Assembly (NCBI GenBank): GCA_963695545.1
Contig: OY968796.1
Coordinates: 1,152,001 to 1,216,000, forward strand
DNA from: Terriglobia bacterium
Lineage (GTDB): Bacteria; Acidobacteriota; Terriglobia; Acidiferrales; UBA7541
Length of the DNA stretch: 64,000 nt
Reading direction: 5' to 3'
Shown here in pieces: positions 59,991 to 64,000 of the stretch (positions are counted from its first letter, which is position 1; every line of letters begins with the position of its first letter). Made by a program: the position numbers and the translations under genes. The notes under the pieces are model-generated. The model did not search any database, was not told the DNA's origin, and saw only the letters and a list, made by a program, of their open reading frames with translations.

Positions 59991-61289
59991 CTAGACGTAA
60001 TCCCAGCGCTGCGCGATTTTGCGGGCGATCGCGAAGAGCACAACGCCAGTTGCGAGAAGCACGGAGACCTGCGGCCAAAGATGCGAGACCGGCTCGTCGC
60101 GCCAGAACACCTTGGTGAAACCGTCGATGGCCCAAGCGTTGATGGTAAGCAATCCGGCTTTCTGCACCGCCTCGGGCATAAGAAAGCGCGGAAACATGCT
60201 GCCGCCGACCGAAGACATAATCAAAATCACCAGCGTCGAGAGCGCGCCCAATTGGGCGCGCGTGCGGCAGATGCTGGCGAGCAACATTCCGAAAGCACCG
60301 ACCGCGAAAGCGGTGCAGACTCCCATCACGATGAAACCGGGGATGTGATGGAATAAATCAAGTTTGAAGACGGCCCAGGCCCAGAGAAACATAATCACCA
60401 GTTGTGAGAACGCCAGCATGGTGTTGAAGGCGAGTTTGCCCGCCAAGAGCGAAGTCATGGTCACACGCGAGCTGAGGACGCGATCCAGGGTGCCGCTTTC
60501 GGCTTCGTCAAGCAGCGAACCGGACGATCCACTCGCCGTGAACAGCAGGAACATCACGCCGATCGCGGCGGCGTAGAACGACACCATGGGATTGTTCTTA
60601 TTTTCTCCGACCACGGCGCGGGTCTTGACCGCGATGATGCCGCCGCTGCTGCTGGACGCATTTGCGGCGTTGTCTGCGGTGACGGTCGCGGCAGTCTCAT
60701 GCTGACGCAAGCGTTCGAGGCCGGCGTCCATCTGTTTCTGTTGCGCCGGCGTGAATCCGCCGACCCATTGACCCGCGTACTTTGAGCCCTGTTCGGCCAT
60801 GACATCGGGCATGGAAGTCATTGCGACTTTTTGCAAAAGGCCTGAGACCATCTGCGGTGCGACGGTGTCACTGGCGTCGTTTAACAGCTCGATCGCTGGA
60901 TGGCCTTGATCGCCGCGGAAAGAAAAGGAAATTGGATTTTCGCCGAAACCGGACGGAATGATAAGCGCGACGGAAACATCGCCGGCTCTCACCGCGGCTT
61001 CCGCAGTTGCCGCGGTGTAGTCGGGTTGCTGCACACCTTTCCTGGGCGCGGGGCTGGTTCTGACAACGAGAGAACCCTCGAGCTCCAGGCCCCTTACCAA
61101 TTGTTGCGATGCGTGACTCTGATCTTGGTCCACCACGATGACGTTGATTTTGGGCACAGTGTCTCGCCGACCGCCGAAGATCACGGCAAAAATGCTGAAG
61201 AAGGCGATCGGCAGAACGAAACTGAGCGCCAACGCGGCGCGATCGCGGCGCAGGGAAACAATGGCGGTGCGGATGATCGGGACGATCAA
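59991..61289 (-). CDS. ABC-2 type exporter permease
   Basis: N-terminal TM, large extracellular loop, ESGTLDR, GGSMFP. Confidence 0.88.
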   Translation of the reverse strand: MIVPIIRTAIVSLRRDRAALALSFVLPIAFFSIFAVIFGGRRDTVPKINVIVVDQDQSHASQQLVRGLELEGSLVVRTSPAPRKGVQQPDYTAATAEAAVRAGDVSVALIIPSGFGENPISFSFRGDQGHPAIELLNDASDTVAPQMVSGLLQKVAMTSMPDVMAEQGSKYAGQWVGGFTPAQQKQMDAGLERLRQHETAATVTADNAANASSSSGGIIAVKTRAVVGENKNNPMVSFYAAAIGVMFLLFTASGSSGSLLDEAESGTLDRVLSSRVTMTSLLAGKLAFNTMLAFSQLVIMFLWAWAVFKLDLFHHIPGFIVMGVCTAFAVGAFGMLLASICRTRAQLGALSTLVILIMSSVGGSMFPRFLMPEAVQKAGLLTINAWAIDGFTKVFWRDEPVSHLWPQVSVLLATGVVLFAIARKIAQRWDYV

Positions 61290-62242
61290 TCGCGCAACTC
61301 CCTTCCCGTCAAGTGCAAGAACACGGACTCGAGATTCGGCCGGTGCAGCGAGACGTCAATCACATCCAGGCCGGCGGTGGCGGCATCGTCGAGCAGGCCG
61401 GCAATCTCCGTGGGACGCGCAACGGTGAACTGCGCGGTTGAATCGACCAAACGCCCGCCGCGCAGCTCGACCCAGGCAGCGACTCCATCGGAGGGGCCCG
61501 CAAAGCGCGCGAGCACCTGGCTGCGCGACGCGAAAGCATTCTCGACAAGTTCTTCGTTCGTGCCGAGGGCGATGATGCGACCGTGGTCGACTATGGCGAC
61601 GCGGTCGCAGAGGCGCTCGGCTTCTTCCATATAGTGCGTGGTGTAGATGATGGCGGTGCCTTCGCTGTGGAGCGTTTCGATCATTTCAAAGATGCGATTG
61701 CGGGATTGCGGGTCCACTCCGACGGTCGGCTCGTCCATCAGCACCAGCTTCGGGCGGTGGATAATTCCGGCGGCCATGTTCAGCCGGCGCCTCATGCCAC
61801 CGGAGAGATTCTTGGCAAGCTCCGCGGCGCGATCTTGGAGCGATGACCAATCGAGACACCATGCGACGGCTTCGCGCAGGCCGGCACCGGCCAGCCCGTG
61901 GTATCGGCCGAAAGATTCCAGATTTTCCTTACACGTGAGCCGCGGATAGAGGGCCAACTCTTGCGGCACCCATCCGAGGGCCGCGCGGGCCGCGGCTGAA
62001 TTCGCCGGAAAACCAAAGACCGCGACCCGGCCCGCGTCCGGAATCACGCGGCCAACAATGCTGCGGATCAGCGTGGTTTTGCCGGCGCCGTTGGGCCCAA
62101 GCAGGCCCAGGCATTCGCCAGCACGGAGTTCGAGCGTGATGCCATCGACGGCGGTCACTTGGCCGAAGCGCTTGACCAACGCCTCAACCTGTAGAGGCAG
62201 CGGCGACGAGGATGAAACCGGACTAGCGGGCGCGGATACCAC
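61286..62242 (-). CDS. ABC exporter ATP-binding protein
   Basis: GPNGAGKT, LSGGMRRR, MDEPTVGVDPQSR, THYMEEAE. Confidence 0.93.
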   Translation of the reverse strand: MVSAPASPVSSSSPLPLQVEALVKRFGQVTAVDGITLELRAGECLGLLGPNGAGKTTLIRSIVGRVIPDAGRVAVFGFPANSAAARAALGWVPQELALYPRLTCKENLESFGRYHGLAGAGLREAVAWCLDWSSLQDRAAELAKNLSGGMRRRLNMAAGIIHRPKLVLMDEPTVGVDPQSRNRIFEMIETLHSEGTAIIYTTHYMEEAERLCDRVAIVDHGRIIALGTNEELVENAFASRSQVLARFAGPSDGVAAWVELRGGRLVDSTAQFTVARPTEIAGLLDDAATAGLDVIDVSLHRPNLESVFLHLTGRELRD

Positions 62243-62469
62243 ACGACCTCCTGAGCTTCGCGACCGGCACCATATTACCCGGACGGCGGCCGCCCGCAGA
62301 GTTTGAATCTACATTTCTTCGTCTCGATTTCTCCGCGAATCAGTGTATTTCCCAGGCCGGCGAATGGGTGTCAGATGGAAGCCGAAGTAGCGGCAACATG
62401 AATCCTTGCGGCGAGGCGCCGTCCGGCTGGGGCGGGCCGCGGCCAGAGGCCATCATTCAGGAGGGTTCC

Positions 62470-62739
62470 ATGAACTGGGATCAATTGGAAGGCAAGTGGA
62501 AGCAGCACAAAGGAAAAGTGCGCGAGAAATGGGGCCAACTCACGGATCGCGACCTCGACGTGATTCGGGGGCAACGGGACCAATTGGTGGGAACAATTCA
62601 AGAGCGATACGGGATTGCCAAAGAGGCGGCCCAAGAGCAAGTGGATGAGTTTGTGAACGCCCTTCAGGAGGACAACGCTGCGGAGAAGCCGGCGTCGCGC
62701 AAGGAGCGCAGCAAGGCACACAGCGCCGGAAGAACGTGA
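62470..62739 (+). CDS. CsbD family general stress protein
   Basis: MNWDQLEGKWKQ-KGKVREKWG-LTD, LVG-IQERYG. Confidence 0.92.
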   Translation: MNWDQLEGKWKQHKGKVREKWGQLTDRDLDVIRGQRDQLVGTIQERYGIAKEAAQEQVDEFVNALQEDNAAEKPASRKERSKAHSAGRT

Positions 62740-62828
62740 TGGTGTTTGGTTGTGGCTGAGCAGGACTGATCGTGAGGGGAAGCGAGAGCCGGATCGCGGC
62801 GTCAACGCTGCGGTCCAAAGGAGGAAAC

Positions 62829-63005
62829 ATGCTGTACTACGCGCTGCTGTTTCTGGTCGTTGCGATCGTGGCGGGGATCTTGGGATTTGGCGGGATCGCG
62901 TTCGCGGCGGCGGGAATCGCGAAGATCTTGTTCTTCGTGTTCATCGTGATGTTCCTCGTGTCGCTGGTGGCGCACCTGTTTCGGGGACGGCCTTCGGGAA
63001 CCTGA
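62829..63005 (+). CDS. DUF1328 (YtjA/UPF0391-like) small membrane protein
   Basis: [33 protein letters not shown]. Confidence 0.9.
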   Translation: MLYYALLFLVVAIVAGILGFGGIAFAAAGIAKILFFVFIVMFLVSLVAHLFRGRPSGT

Positions 63006-63068
63006 AACGAATTGGCGTTTTGATGCGTGTGCGACGGGGCGCCAGGGGGCGCCCCGCGGGGGAATCGA

Positions 63069-63230
63069 ATGCTCATCGCCGCTCTGCTCATCGCTCTGGT
63101 GGTTCTGCTCGCGGGATACTTGCCTGTGCCGGCGCACAGCGAGTTTTGGAGGTACTATCCGAGCGGCGGCGCGGGCGCGAGCGCGGTCCTATTGATTTTG
63201 CTGATTTTGCTGGTGCTGGGGCGTCCATGA
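63069..63230 (+). CDS. DUF3309-like small membrane protein
   Basis: LP-x3-HS...YYPSGG...LLVLGR. Confidence 0.75.
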   Translation: MLIAALLIALVVLLAGYLPVPAHSEFWRYYPSGGAGASAVLLILLILLVLGRP

Positions 63231-63330
63231 GCGAAGATGTAGCGACGGCGTTCAGTTGCGAAGAGAACAGAACCGTAGAAACGCTTCAAGAAGACAAATC
63301 CGGACGACGGCGTCCTACTGAGGTGACGAG

Positions 63331-63579
63331 ATGTCCACGCGAGAGGATCGGGTGTTGACCGACGTTGCGACTGCTGTTGGCACGACGCTGGGCGCAGCCG
63401 CAGCTGAAACGGAGAAGGTCAAGCGCTTCGTGAAGGAGAAAAAGCGAGTCGTGGCGAAGAAGGCGCGCAGCGCGCGGATCCGGATTGCCGAAGGGCGGAA
63501 GGCAGCCAGGGCAGCGGGCAAAAAGATTCGCGCGAAAGTCCGGAGCATGCGCAAGGTTGCCAAGCGCCGCTTGCGATAG
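63331..63579 (+). CDS. Small Lys/Arg-rich hypothetical protein
   Basis: LTDVATAVGTTLG followed by a very basic tail; GAGGT SD. Confidence 0.55.
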   Translation: MSTREDRVLTDVATAVGTTLGAAAAETEKVKRFVKEKKRVVAKKARSARIRIAEGRKAARAAGKKIRAKVRSMRKVAKRRLR

Positions 63580-63719
63580 GGCGCGCGGAGCGATACGCGC
63601 TGACGCGGAGCGCCTTGGCGGCGCCGGCGGGTTTGGCGCCGCGGCGGGCGGCGCCGATTCACTTTGCTTTTTAGTGACGCGGACTTGGGATTACGGAATT
63701 GCCCGGCGCTTCCAGCGGC

Positions 63720-64000
63720 TTAGGCTTGGGTGATTCCGTTGCGGATCGCGTAGTGAACCAGATCCGTGACGGAATGGCAATCCAGGCGGCGCATGATGTT
63801 GGCGCGGTGAGTTTCGGCCGTCTTGACACTGATATCGAGCACCACAGCCACTTCTTTGCTGCTTTTTCCTTCGGCCAAAAGTTGCACGATTTGCCTTTGG
63901 CGAGCGGTGAGACGCAAAGCGCCATTTGCGGCGTCTTCACCGGCGCCCTTGGGACTCTTGTTGAGGTAGCCTTCAAGAACAATCTGGCCGACCTTGGGAG
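63720..64000 (-). CDS. LuxR/NarL-family response regulator, C-terminal HTH (partial, runs off the window)
   Basis: LTARQRQIVQLLAEGKSSKEVA, SVKTAETHRANIM. Confidence 0.9.
   Translation of the reverse strand, partial: PKVGQIVLEGYLNKSPKGAGEDAANGALRLTARQRQIVQLLAEGKSSKEVAVVLDISVKTAETHRANIMRRLDCHSVTDLVHYAIRNGITQA

Noticed and set aside
59339..60043. 234-aa ORF fusing the PadR region with the permease prefix
   Set aside because: It is a shadow frame overlapping padR. The recognisable products are padR (59545-59889) and the truncated permease in other frames.

Overview
GC-rich bacterial chromosome segment that looks like Acidobacteriota. This is inferred from the acidobacterial-type PadR/ADOP-permease pair, GGGTG(G)CCCAT(C/T)CTTT...AAGGGTGGG REP-like hairpins and a signal-peptide-bearing RHS gene. 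Most of the window is housekeeping or envelope genes: a secreted TldD/TldE-like pair, a CDF transporter, two GT-C glycosyltransferases, a GH18-deacetylase-GT2 fusion, bcp, gatB, a cobalamin uptake locus with two different cobalamin riboswitches, serS, gdhA, thiD, rplU-rpmA, obgE-nadD-rsfS-(sigma54 activator)-rlmH, a CADD-like protein, cobO-accD-folC, hslVU, a SurA-like PPIase, rpmB, an ABC exporter and small stress genes. Mobile DNA comprises a complete IS1595 element with passenger genes and an 8-bp TSD (27011-29127), a RAYT transposase flanked by long inverted REP-containing repeats, and an IS3-family element splitting an RHS toxin gene with no TSD. The most unusual structure is at 46.7-59.5 kb. 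Two convergent polymorphic toxin/immunity modules each end in a short REP-like or tandem repeat. Each is then followed by a copy of the same unannotated, ungapped 177-bp promoter-containing element (48733-48909 and 53221-53397, inverted, about 81% identical by hand count). One module is an orphan toxin-tip/immunity cassette bracketed by REP ends next to the RAYT gene, suggesting RAYT/REP-linked shuffling of toxin cassettes (inference). All product calls come from motif recognition; no database searches were run.
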